A DNA stretch of 64,000 nt from NCBI RefSeq assembly GCF_048593235.1, contig NC_133619.1, positions 251,796,454 to 251,860,453 of the forward strand, read 5' to 3'. Of the stretch, positions 12,440 to 23,067 are shown piece after piece (the first letter of the stretch is position 1; each line of letters starts with the position of its first letter). This stretch comes from Sminthopsis crassicaudata (taxonomy: Eukaryota). The translations under genes and the position numbers were made by a program. The notes under the pieces were generated by a model. It made no database searches. It saw only the letters and a list, made by a program, of their open reading frames with translations, and had not been told where the DNA came from.

Positions 12440-12783
12440 ATTGTTTACCTTTTGTTCTAGAAGAGGACCCTAGCATCAGGGAGTTGATGCCATGACATAC
12501 AAATGAATTGGATTTAAGTGAGGGAGGGCTATGCAAAGTCCCCTGCATAGCACTGTACTCCACAGCCATCTGGGTCCAGTAGCCATATATATATCAGGGA
12601 GATTGGAGATGGCTTTGTATTTGTTGTTGTTTTTGATTAGATGAAAGAGGCCATTCTTTGCCTCTATTGCAATCTAGTCTTAATCACTAAAAGAGTGTGG
12701 TCTCAGACAATCTGAGACCTATTATACACCTTAGTTAAAAAGATCAGTATCTCCCACTGCATTCAAGGCCATCTCCAGTCATC
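12440..12783. mobile_element. Marsupial MAR1-like SINE
   Basis: Body CCATGACATACAAATGAATTGGATTTAAGTGAGGGAGGGC; related pieces at 13096-13143 and ~61920-62020. Confidence 0.6.
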
Positions 12784-12959
12784 CTAAATGGTTTTATCAC
12801 TTTGTTTTCCCTTTGTCTCAAGGTGATGCAATTGATTCTCAGAAGTAACAGAAACAAATGCTTAAGGATTTAACTGAAGATAAAACTGAAAAAGAATTGT
12901 CTCAAAAGAGTCAGGTAATGGATTTATTATTAAAATATAAATACTAAGATTCTACATTC
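12784..12959 (+). pseudogene. Diverged genomic duplicate of TBC1D8 exon 19 with flanking intron
   Basis: Aligns to the reverse complement of 23024-23202, including intron sequence on both sides. AG (12821-12822) and GT (12915-12916) are retained; there is an in-frame TAA and a 6-nt deletion. Confidence 0.92.
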
Positions 12960-13367
12960 CTGCAGTGGGTAGATAGAGCACAGGCTAAATTCAAATCTAA
13001 CCTCAGACATTTAACACTTCCTGTGTGACCCTGGGCAAGTCACTTAATCCCAACTGCCTTTCTGCCAAAAAAGAAAAGAAAAGGGGGCAGGGGATTTTGC
13101 ACAGCCCTCCCTCACTTAAATCCAATTCATTTGTATGTCATGGTATTACCTTCAGTCAGGAAGATTCATTTTCTTGAGTTCAAATCTGGCTTTGGACACT
13201 TACTAGTTATGTGACCGTGGGTGAGTCACTTCACCCTGTTTGCCTTAGTTTGCTCACGTTTCAAATGAATTGGAGAAGGAATGACAAAATGATCCTCTGT
13301 CTCTTCTAAGAAAATTCCAAATGGGGTCACAAAGAGTCAGATACAACTGAACAATAGTGTATTTGGA

Positions 13368-13965
13368 GGAGGGAAGAAAGGGATTCAGAGGATTGTTCAA
13401 TTTGATTTGAGTCCAGAATGTGAATAAGGGAACATATTTCTTCCTCATCCAGGCTGTCTGAATCCTTATCTTTTATTTTCTGGTACCACTTTCCAAGGCA
13501 AATCTTCCTGGAACTCCACCTGGTGGAGAAAGATGTGTGGAATGAGCAGGACGTAGCCACTGATTGTGTTGAGTTTGGGAAGGGGATCCCAAAAGTTTGG
13601 GATCACAATCTGGTATTGTGAGGTGTCTCAAAAGAATCTGCAGGCTGAACCCATTTCCTTATCAAGGGGCAAAGTTTATTGTGATTGTAATGCCAATTAC
13701 AAGCGGACTAAATTCCAAGAGAATTCAGCAAAGAAACAAGCAAAGACATACATTTATCCAGCTTTCTGTCATTGACATGCTAATTCTATGGCTCTTAGGT
13801 AGGATGGAGGAGTGATCTCTGGAATTTGGTTCTCCTTGACCAGATTATCACTGACCAGATTATCACTCAGCAATGAATTGAGGAGTGGTCTCCAGAATTT
13901 GGTTATCACTGACTAACATTATCTGACAGTCAGCAATGAATGAGGAGTGGTCTATTCACTATTGT
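13368..13965 (-). mobile_element. Putative solo LTR-like element with internal tandem repeats
   Basis: 62-73 bp tandem units at 13807-13953, minus-strand AATAAA at ~13472-13477, and an end segment shared with 15317-15372. No TSD was found. Confidence 0.35.
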
Positions 13966-14123
13966 CTTAGGAGTTTGATCTGTAACTTAGTGGATATGAG
14001 AGTGCTATAGAAATGCAAATAATTAGAATCATATTCAGTTCAGCATGTGAGTGCCTAATTTCCTCTATTAGACTACAAAATCTTTAAAGTTTTAAATGTC
14101 CAAGGTTGGATTTGAATTCAAGG

Positions 14124-14232
14124 CTATCTATCCACTGCAGGAATGTAGAATCTTATTATTTCTATTTGAATAATAAATCCACTATCTGGCTCTTTTGAGA
14201 CAATTCTTTTTCAGTTTTATCTTTAACTAAAT
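14124..14232 (-). pseudogene. Second, partial inverted duplicate of TBC1D8 exon 19 3' half plus downstream intron
   Basis: Reverse complement matches 12868-12976 at 99/109 positions without gaps; donor GT mutated to AT. Confidence 0.9.
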
Positions 14233-14639
14233 TCACTTTAAAACTGTTTAATTGAAAACAAAAGGAACACTTTCCACCTAACTCTGTGAAGGTATTGCAA
14301 ATATTATCATTGACCATTTTAGAGAAAAGGGGTATGAAGCACCACAATAACCCTGTGGAAAAGATAGTGAAAGCATTATTATTAGTTAGAGGGAGAGGTG
14401 CAGGGAGGGAGTTCCTTGTATTGTTCCTGTGTAAATACTAGAGTTTTTCATTTATTCAATAAACATAATTTAAGATCTCAAACCATATTGCTTGGCATTG
14501 GGAACCTTACAAATTATAGATAAGACACAGTACATGAGTCCATGACTTCAAGGTCTAGTAGAAGGCTGAGACGGAGATTAGTCATTTAGTCAGTAAACTT
14601 ATTAAGTACCTACAAGGAATGACGACCTTTGCCAAAGTG

Positions 14640-15300
14640 GTGACAGGGTCAGAGAAGACAAAGATAAAAGGGGTAGATTTTGACAAGAGTTGAGGATGAC
14701 ACCTCGGATTTCAGTCTGAGGGACTGGGAATATGCTGGTCCCCTCAACAGTAATAAGGAAGACAGGAAGAGGTCAGATTTTGGTGGAAAGACAATGTAAG
14801 ATAAAAAGTTGTGTTTAAAAGGGGTTCTCAAACTAGGGCCCCGGGGCCAGCTGAGGAGGTTTATGTGGCCGGCTGGGTTAGGGCAAATGGGCTGAGGGGC
14901 GGAGACAGAGTGTGAGTTTTTGTTTTTACTGTAGTCTGGCCTCCAACAGTCTGAGGGACAGTGAACTGGCCCCCTATTTAAAAAGTTTGAGGACTGCTGG
15001 TTTAAGATCTACTGGAACATCCAGTTCATGATGTGCAATAGGCAGTTAAGATGCTGGAGAAGTAAATTTGATACCCATCATCACAGGTGATAATTGAATC
15101 CATGACAGCTGAGTGAATAGTAGAGGTAGAAGATATACATTGCACAAGTTCATTTAGTCCTAAACTCAACGAGCAACGAAGAGGTCGCTACTAAAGGAAG
15201 GAATTTAGCTTTATAGAGGAATTGCCATTTAGTAGTGACGTGTTTGGAGAACAGCGCCAAATGCTGAGATTAAGGAAATCAGTTCTTGGGGTTCAGTTAT
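14640..15300 (+). mobile_element. L2 (LINE2) fragment interrupted by a MITE
   Basis: Purine-rich L2-like sequence (GATGACACC..GATTTCAGTCTGAG.GACTGGGA...) that continues after 15007. Confidence 0.55.
14819..14999 (-). mobile_element. OC1 (OposCharlie1)-type hAT MITE
   Basis: 16-bp imperfect TIRs (aAGGGGTTCTCAAACT and AGTTTGAGGACTGCTG), internal GGGGGCCAGTTCACTGTCCCTCAGACTGTTGGAGG motif, near-TSD GTTTAAAA / GTTTAAGA. Family assignment from memory. Confidence 0.8.
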
Positions 15301-16145
15301 GGGATGAATTCACAACGGAGGGAAGAAAGGGATTCAGGTTCAGTTGAATGTGAATAAGGGAACATATTTCTTTGGCAATATTCTCTATGGCATAAGGTAG
15401 ATTGATTTATGTTTACAAAGTGACGGATACCGGGAATGATAAGTAAGAACTACATTTGGGAGAGCTCGTAGTTAGACACTATGTAGCATGGTTGGGAAAT
15501 GAAATATACCAACATAGAACTGTGGCGGCCTAACCCTAAAGGGACTCAGCAATGATGATAGCTCGGGCCTGGACACACTTGTAGGGGGAATTTAACATGG
15601 GGGGAGGAGGAGAGGTTGATCTGATTTGGATTTTGATTGGACACAGCAGGGCGGGGCTGGCTACCCTAGAGCTCCTCCGAGGGTGCCCTTCTGGGCCGGC
15701 CTCTGGGAATGTTATAATCTTATCAGTACTTCAGGTTCTCTCAGCCTACCGCACCTAGTGACCCAGGACCTCCGCTGTAGGCGCTTTAAAGAGACCTTGA
15801 GGGTAAAAAAAAAAAAGGTTAAAGCCATCTGAGTCCAAACATTTCCATTCAGAATTCTCTCTCAAGCAAGTGCATATTTGGCTATTTGATAGCTCAAATG
15901 AAAAATCGGGGAACGGCTTCCTACAGCTATTAGATAGGCATTCTAGGAGGTGGAAGGACAGAGAGAAAGCATTTTCATCGTCAGGATCTGTGCAAAGGCC
16001 AGAGGGGAAAGAACGGCGAGTAGGGCGGAAACCACAGGGAACCAGCTCGTTTCTCCGTCCGGGAAGGCTGCCTTCTCTCCAGTAAAATGTTTAAGGAGAG
16101 GAAATTAAAATAACTACTAAAGGGACCGGAGTTTGACTTTTTTCT

Positions 16146-16335
16146 GCCCCGCCCAGCGTGTGACGCTTATAATTCTGAATTCTCCCACTCCGCCTCTTTC
16201 CCCTTCCACTCCTCGAATCCTTCCTCCCCCTTTTTAGCGTTTTCACGTCACCGTCTCTCTGTTCTGCGCACGCGCGACCCGGAAGTAGTACTGGGGCCTA
16301 GGTATTAGGTTTTCCCACAATCCCCTCCGTTCTTC
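16146..16335 (+). promoter_or_regulatory. RPL31 core promoter with Sp1, ATF/CREB-like, NRF1 and ETS/GABP motifs
   Basis: GCCCCGCCC 16146-16154; CACGTCA 16244-16250; TGCGCACGCGCG 16265-16276; CCGGAAGT 16279-16286; TTCCCACAAT (partial ZNF143-like) ~16312-16321. Typical ribosomal-protein promoter set. Confidence 0.75.
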
Positions 16336-16359
16336 CTTTCCGAACTGGTCCCGGGCAGG
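16332..16359 (+). other. RPL31: RPL31 non-coding exon 1 with 5'TOP
   Basis: CTTCCTTTCC terminal oligopyrimidine tract, then GTAAGT donor at 16360; the spliced context GCAGG|ATGG gives A at -3 and G at +4. Confidence 0.85.
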
Positions 16360-16861
16360 GTAAGTGTGTTCTCAGAGTCTAACCCCTTGGAATCCAGCTC
16401 CATCCTTGCTGGGCTTCGCTCCAACTTGGGCAGCAGGCTCCCTTCCTGTCTAGTCCGAGGCTCCTCTTTCCCCCCGGAGTGGGAATCCGCGGCACAGTGT
16501 CCGCTATGAGGCTCAGGGCAGCTTCAGCCTCTCTCGAGGCCTGGACCTGGAGAGCAGGCAGAACGCGGACTGCCGGAGCTCAAGCAGAAAGGGCTCCGGC
16601 TCCTTAAGCCGCAGGGGGTTGTGGGAGAAACTGAGGTATATGGACCCGCACTTGCGGAGCTCCTCGGACACTCACGGCAGCAAGTTTTTCATGCTGGGGG
16701 AGGAAGGTCTGGAAACGGCGGCTGGGGGCTGGGGTGGCCGGGTTGGATTCCTCCCGGAAGTGGGGAGTATGCTGAATGGAGGAAGGGGGAGAATGAGCGG
16801 AGGAAAGGGAGTGTGATTTGTCATTAACCGCCTTTAAAGTTTACCTATGCTGTCTGTGTAG

Positions 16862-16969
<108 letters not shown>

Positions 16970-19409
16970 TAAGTGAGGAACGTTTCTCCACGAGTCCGGG
17001 GGGGGAGGGGGCCACCGTCTGCAGGATTTTGGTCCGTCGATACAAAGAGTAGAAAATCACAAATTTTCAACAACCTAGAAGCTGTCCACATAAAAAATTG
17101 TAAAGTGTTGAATTCTCTTAAAAATGTAAGTTGGAAGAAATGGATTTGAAGTTGAAGCCACGGTTTTTGTGTAAGTGCATGTTAAATTTCAAAGGCAAAA
17201 AAAATGCTTTTTGAACTGCATTTAGGGAATTTCTGGAAGCTTAAATTGAGTGATTTGCGGGTTTGAAGAAAGCTTAATTCTGAATTGCACGTTTTTACAG
17301 GGAAGCAGTTGAACCATAGCCTGTTGCCTGGAATGTTGAATTTTTCTTACCTTAGCATGGAAAAGGCTAGGGTGTTTTGAGTTTGTGACGTGAAACCAAG
17401 ACTTAGGTTGTTAAGAGTGACATGAAAAGCAACTGGAGATGTTTCAAATTAAAATTATGGCGCAGCTTAAATCTTTATTGCTCAGTGTTCATTGAATTTA
17501 GTGTTTGAAACCATAAGGAGTCAGGGGAGTCAGAAGGTAAAGCTGCGTTCTTTAAGGTTTTCCATTTTAGTATGTTTATTTACTAAAATTGAGCAGTATG
17601 TGGAGGAGCATTTCAAATTTAATTTCATTTATTCATTCTGGGAGGTATTCTACTTCCAAATAGTTTTCTTTTGCTTTGCAAAGGTCTAGCAGGAGTCCTA
17701 AATGGCTGGTCTGGCAACATTTACAATTAGTCTATCTTCATTTCTTATTGTTTATGTTGTATGTTTTTGTTTATATAATATTTGGACAGATAGTTGTGGG
17801 CCTAAAAAAGTTTTAGGTAAAAATGATTTCTTTAGCTCCACCTTACAAAGTGCTTATTATATGAAGTCATTAAGTATTTTCTAGTTTGTATTTTTGGTTT
17901 TACTGGGTGTGAATTCATCTCTGGTTTTTGGCTTTTGGGGGGAGGAGGAGGCTTTTTTAAGCCTGAACTGAAAAGACAAGTTACTATAAGTGAACAAGTT
18001 CATCTCAAGGGAAGACTATTTAGAAGATCTGGAATTCAAGCCCCTCCACACCACAACCTTATATAATGTTGAAAATATATTAATTTTACAAATATCTGAA
18101 TTTTTACAAGTTACACAAAAGGGTCGTGTAGCCTGCCTAAGATTATGTAAGTATTGAGTGGTTGAGCTAAACTTGGAATCCTGATTAGGAGACTGGTACA
18201 CTTGGAACACAGTCTTTGAAAAGTCAGACCTTTTGAGTTCAAATCCTGTTTCTGCTTCCACTGTGACTTTGGGCCTCTGACCTCCCTGAACCTTAGTTCG
18301 ACCATGTGGAATAAGATTTAAGATCTCATGAGCTTCATCTATAGAATAGTAATAGTGATAGGATTCCAACCCTAAAATGCAGTGAGAAGCACCAGGTAAA
18401 TTTGGACTCTGTTTTTTCTGCAAGGAGATGGAAGTTTCCTAAGGGCAGGGACCAAACCTTGTTAACTTTATCTTCTACTACATGTACAATTTGGTGATAA
18501 CCAAGATACTACTCATGTTCCTTCTAAAAATTAATTTGCACTAGATATTTTAGTTAATATTATTGTGCTGCATATAGTTACAATCTTTTGACAGTTTTGA
18601 ATACAACTGTACCTACTTTAAAAAGGAGCTAAAAGTGGTAAGCTAAAATAGATCATTTATGAAATTTGCCTTCAGTTTTTAAAATACATCTATGCCTGAA
18701 TAGATTTATGCTGTACCTTTACAGCAGTATAAGGTTGTGACTATAAGAATCTTTTTTCCCGAGGCATTTGAACTCAAGTCTTTATTTACTGCACCACTTA
18801 GCTGCCCCTGACCACAAGAATCTTGGTGGGAAAATCTTGGTTAGGACAGAAGCCCTGAGTTTGTCCTGGTTCCACAACTTGCTAAGTGTCACCCGAGTCT
18901 CAGTGACTATAGATTCTCTGAGTGCAGTCCTCTTTTATAAAGTGGGGGAAAACAGTGGCTGGATCAAATCCTTCATCACTTAATTGTTTACTGATCACTT
19001 AGGAGGCTTTGGAATCAGGAAGACCTAGATTGATCTTGTCTCTGGCACATTGTAGTATGAGCAGGTGCTAGACATTTACTGAAATGCTAGGTCTGGGAGG
19101 AAAGAGAAGTGCTAGACATTAGTTACTTGGCTGGGAAAATCTCTGCCATCCTCATCATATCTTTGTGAATATTCTATATCACCCAATCACAGTATAGCCA
19201 TGTCTAGTTTTTATTTAGTCAGCATGCTTTATATGCTACTTGGCTACAGACTGAAAACATGAAGAAAACTAAAAACATGCCTCTCCTGAAGTGTACATTT
19301 TAATGGAGAAAAGTTGGGGGGGGGATAAAAACTTATATGGCATGTACAGAATAGATGGGAGGGTACTATAGAAGGTGGGCTTTTAGTTTTTGATTTGCTT
19401 TGCTGTTGA

Positions 19410-19676
<267 letters not shown>

Positions 19677-20063
19677 TGACATTTTCAAAAGTATAAGGTG
19701 TTTTTATGCTAATATTAGCTCTTTCCCTTCTTCAAATTTAGGTCATTATTAGTAAACCTATGCAGAACTATTAATTCCAACCCCAAAGAAACAGTTTTAT
19801 TGACTTCTAATTAAATCAACTTTTCCCCCCACCTTGTCAAAAAAAAAAAAACCCAATCTATATTTCCATAATTGTTATAAACTGTTAGTCTAAACATGAG
19901 TGAGGGTAACCACTTAATAAGTGAAGATATAGGAAAGCACTTGTGTCAGAAGCAAGGGGTTAGCTTAGGTTTTACTTTTATTACATTTTAAGTGGTTGTC
20001 TGCATCCCTGAAGCCTTCAGTTTTCATGTGAAAGATGCATTTATTTTGGCAAAACCTTCATAA

Positions 20064-20237
<174 letters not shown>

Positions 20238-20322
20238 TGAAGACAAAACATTTATTAGCGTATGCCTGATTATGATTATATATGTCAAAATATTCACTTG
20301 GTGTTTTCTGTTTGCTTTTCAG

Positions 20323-20354
20323 GCTTACAGACAGTCAATGTGGATGAAAACTAA
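20323..20354 (+). CDS. RPL31: RPL31 last coding exon
   Basis: (S)LQTVNVDEN* TAA; total CDS 107+126+113+32 = 378 nt = 125 aa + stop. Confidence 0.97.
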
Positions 20355-20369
20355 ATTGAACTTTGTTTA

Positions 20370-20375
20370 AATAAA
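20370..20375 (+). terminator. RPL31 polyA signal
   Basis: AATAAA 16 nt after the stop codon, followed by GT-rich sequence. Confidence 0.85.
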
Positions 20376-21839
20376 GTTATAAAATGTCAGCTACTAGCCT
20401 GTTTTGACTGTAAGTTACTTGTTTGTGACTGGGTTTTGCTTAGGCAAAAATTTGCTTTTTAAGTAGGCTCTGGGTACCTACTTTTAAATTCTTAATGGAT
20501 GATGGAATAAGATTTTAGTCAGTAGGAGGATCATGGTAGAACCAGTAATTTGAAGTCTATAGACTAAACTCCCAACTTGAAGGAAGCCAAGAGGGCTTCA
20601 TGTTTACCCATGTTGCACCAAGGAACACAAATAGGTTTCTGCTGCCATTATGTAGGGGGAAGGAGACCAATTATTCAGAATTAAGGGGGGGGTGTAGGAA
20701 ACTTGTTAATGATTTGAGCATTTGGTTGCAGTGAATATCTGTCAGCATTTCATTTATGACAAACTCCTTTTTGTAAGATCCAAAACTAGTGTTGATGATT
20801 CCTCATCTTGTAATGGGGATGGCTGTTGTTGAAAAGCTTGGGGTCTTTGTTATTTTAGGGGTTGATACCTCTATAGCAGATGATTAAAAATGATAAATAT
20901 CCACTGTATTAAAAGGTTATTTGTCTTCTAGTGGAAATGAAATATACATAAGTAGAGTATATTCTAAAGGAGGTGTTTTCCAAGTGATTTGCTTATACAC
21001 TGAGAAGGCTGGACCAAGTTTTAGCCAAGGTCTTTTAGTTCCCAAATTCTAGGTATGTATGTGTGCTTAAAAAGTTTATGGAAAAGGGATATGGCTATGA
21101 GGAATGTCCAAGTAACTTAAAGAAAACCAGCAAGTTAATACAAAAGAATATTATTAAAAATTGCTTTTGGGGACCAACAACATCAAAAGCATGGTTTGTA
21201 CACTTTTTTTTTTTTTTTTTTGCAAGACATACAAATTGAATACAACCAAAAATATTAAAACAGTTTCAATTACCAGCATTGAAACAGATTTTCAGGATTA
21301 GTGCAAAAAAAGAAAAAACAAGCCAATTGCAAACAGTAGCTCTTAAACCTGGATGTGAATTAGTTCCTCCCCTCAAAAAAAAAACCTAAATCTCACTGAG
21401 CAACATCTTTTACATTCATTGATTGGGGGAGGGGGATGTTAGGAAAAAATAGAGGTATGCCTCTATACAAGAGGTAAGCAGCAGCAAACTGAAATGAAAT
21501 TGTAGCTTAAACATTAGGAGACATCAGGAATAGCCAGGAGCATAGCCTGCTCTGCTCTTGTCTGCTCCAGGGTCTTTAGCTAGAATTGGTTAGAGATTTG
21601 ATAAAGAAAGGAATGAATGACTTCTGTCCAAGTTCTAGAAGTATTTTTCCCCAATTTCATTAGGTTGCTGTCTTAACCAAGATACCATTTAAACTTAAGC
21701 TGATAGTTGGACAGAACTCACTATTTAGAATAATAACGCTAAGAAACTGAAAAGCAGCCTTGTTTGCAACATGTGCTTTGGTATAGCATCCTCCAGTGTA
21801 CTCCGCAGAAGGTGGTGTCGTGCTACGTTGTGCTGTCCT

Positions 21840-22277
21840 TTACTCAGACTGGTGGCTCAGCTCATTGGTTTTGAGACTATACTGATTGATCTTGGCATTT
21901 TCAAGTTTAGATTTTATGTCTAGTGGCTTTTCAAAGAAGTTTACTAGCGACTGTTCAGTCAAAAGTGATGCTAAAATATGCTCAAGGGAAACAGTCCAAT
22001 CCCCTTCTGTCATAGATAACGATTGGGAATGTCTCTGAGGTATCTTCCCCATGTCAGTGAAAACTGAGTCCTGGTCAGAAGTGGAAGCACACGCTTCTGT
22101 CTGTACATCGTCCATATACTCGTCAGAACAGCTTCCTGAGCTGCTGCTTCTCTGCCCTACTTCTCCAATCTGCAGTAACAAAGTTGTTACTGTGGCAATA
22201 GCTTGATAGAGATCATTTTCTTCTGGATCTTCATGAAACATGCTATATAAAGTTTTGCAGAACTGGATAAATTCTCT
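21840..22277 (-). CDS. TBC1D8: TBC1D8 last coding exon (e20)
   Basis: TTTTCAG acceptor; REFIQFCKTLYSMFHEDPEENDLYQAIATVTTLLLQIGEVG...HQSE*; 438 nt. Confidence 0.96.
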   Translation of the reverse strand, partial: REFIQFCKTLYSMFHEDPEENDLYQAIATVTTLLLQIGEVGQRSSSSGSCSDEYMDDVQTEACASTSDQDSVFTDMGKIPQRHSQSLSMTEGDWTVSLEHILASLLTEQSLVNFFEKPLDIKSKLENAKINQYSLKTNELSHQSE

Positions 22278-23067
22278 CTGAAAAGGAAAAAAAAAACAAA
22301 ACAAATAATTAGTATACTTTCCAGTAAAGATTTACAAGTGGTTACTTCTAAAAGTAAGGGATATCACCAGTGAAATTGTAGTGGCAAATTCAGATAAAAA
22401 GTTAGGTAAAACTTTATGTCATCATGTTACACCTACGATACACAACGGCAGTGTTTCATTTGAAGATCACAAGCAGTCTCTTTAAAGAGTTGAAATTTTA
22501 GAATTGTCCAGCATGGAGCACACATGATCTGAATTTTAGAATACCAAATTGAGTTTTTGTAGTTCCAAAAAAATCTATTTGGATTTAGCTTAATTAATTT
22601 AACAGACTTGACAATGTCACCATGCAGTTAATTTTTAACATTTTTACTATACTGTGAACTGTTCATAAAGTTACATGCATTCTAATCTGAATTTGTACTT
22701 AAATGCCAAAACCCATTTCTGCACTAATCAATTCCTTTTGAAAACTGAAGTCCTCAAGAATACTACCCAAGTATTTCTCCTAAAGGCAATTTTGTTCATA
22801 CTCCTTTGGAACCACATTTGATAGCTGTAATTTGTAGTCCTTGAATCCCTTGAAAGTGAGCCTGGACTTTTTTGAAGATTAGGCCAGCAGAAGCATAGTC
22901 TGGAGCATGTCCTACTTGCCTAGAAAGATTTCTGGCACTACATTGGCCTTGGCTATCATCTGACAACTATCTGAGCTAAGGAAAAGTATCATATATGTCA
23001 AACTAAATTCTAAACATATAGCTGAATGTAGAATCATGGTATTCATATTTGAAATAACATCCATTAC

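Noticed and set aside
12280-12495. K/G/E/R-rich 71-aa ORF
   Set aside because: Translation of a low-complexity purine tract.
13807-13953. Repeat-spacer appearance suggesting CRISPR
   Set aside because: Mammalian intergenic context, degenerate units, non-unique spacers and no cas genes.
13351-13965. 9-bp inverted match ACAATAGTG / CACTATTGT as transposon TIRs
   Set aside because: Short, overlaps the end of an adjacent SINE and has no TSD; likely chance.
16619-16827. Two overlapping ORFs in RPL31 intron 1
   Set aside because: Expected by chance in GC-rich island sequence; they would be spliced out.
18016-18423. 135-aa minus-strand ORF in RPL31 intron 2
   Set aside because: Composed of MIR/CORE-SINE sequence with no recognisable protein similarity.
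19921-20011. Canonical C/D snoRNA (GTGAAGA...CTGA)
   Set aside because: The C box is mismatched and the D box lies outside the strong stem, so it was not called as an ncRNA; the stem is kept only as a low-level finding.
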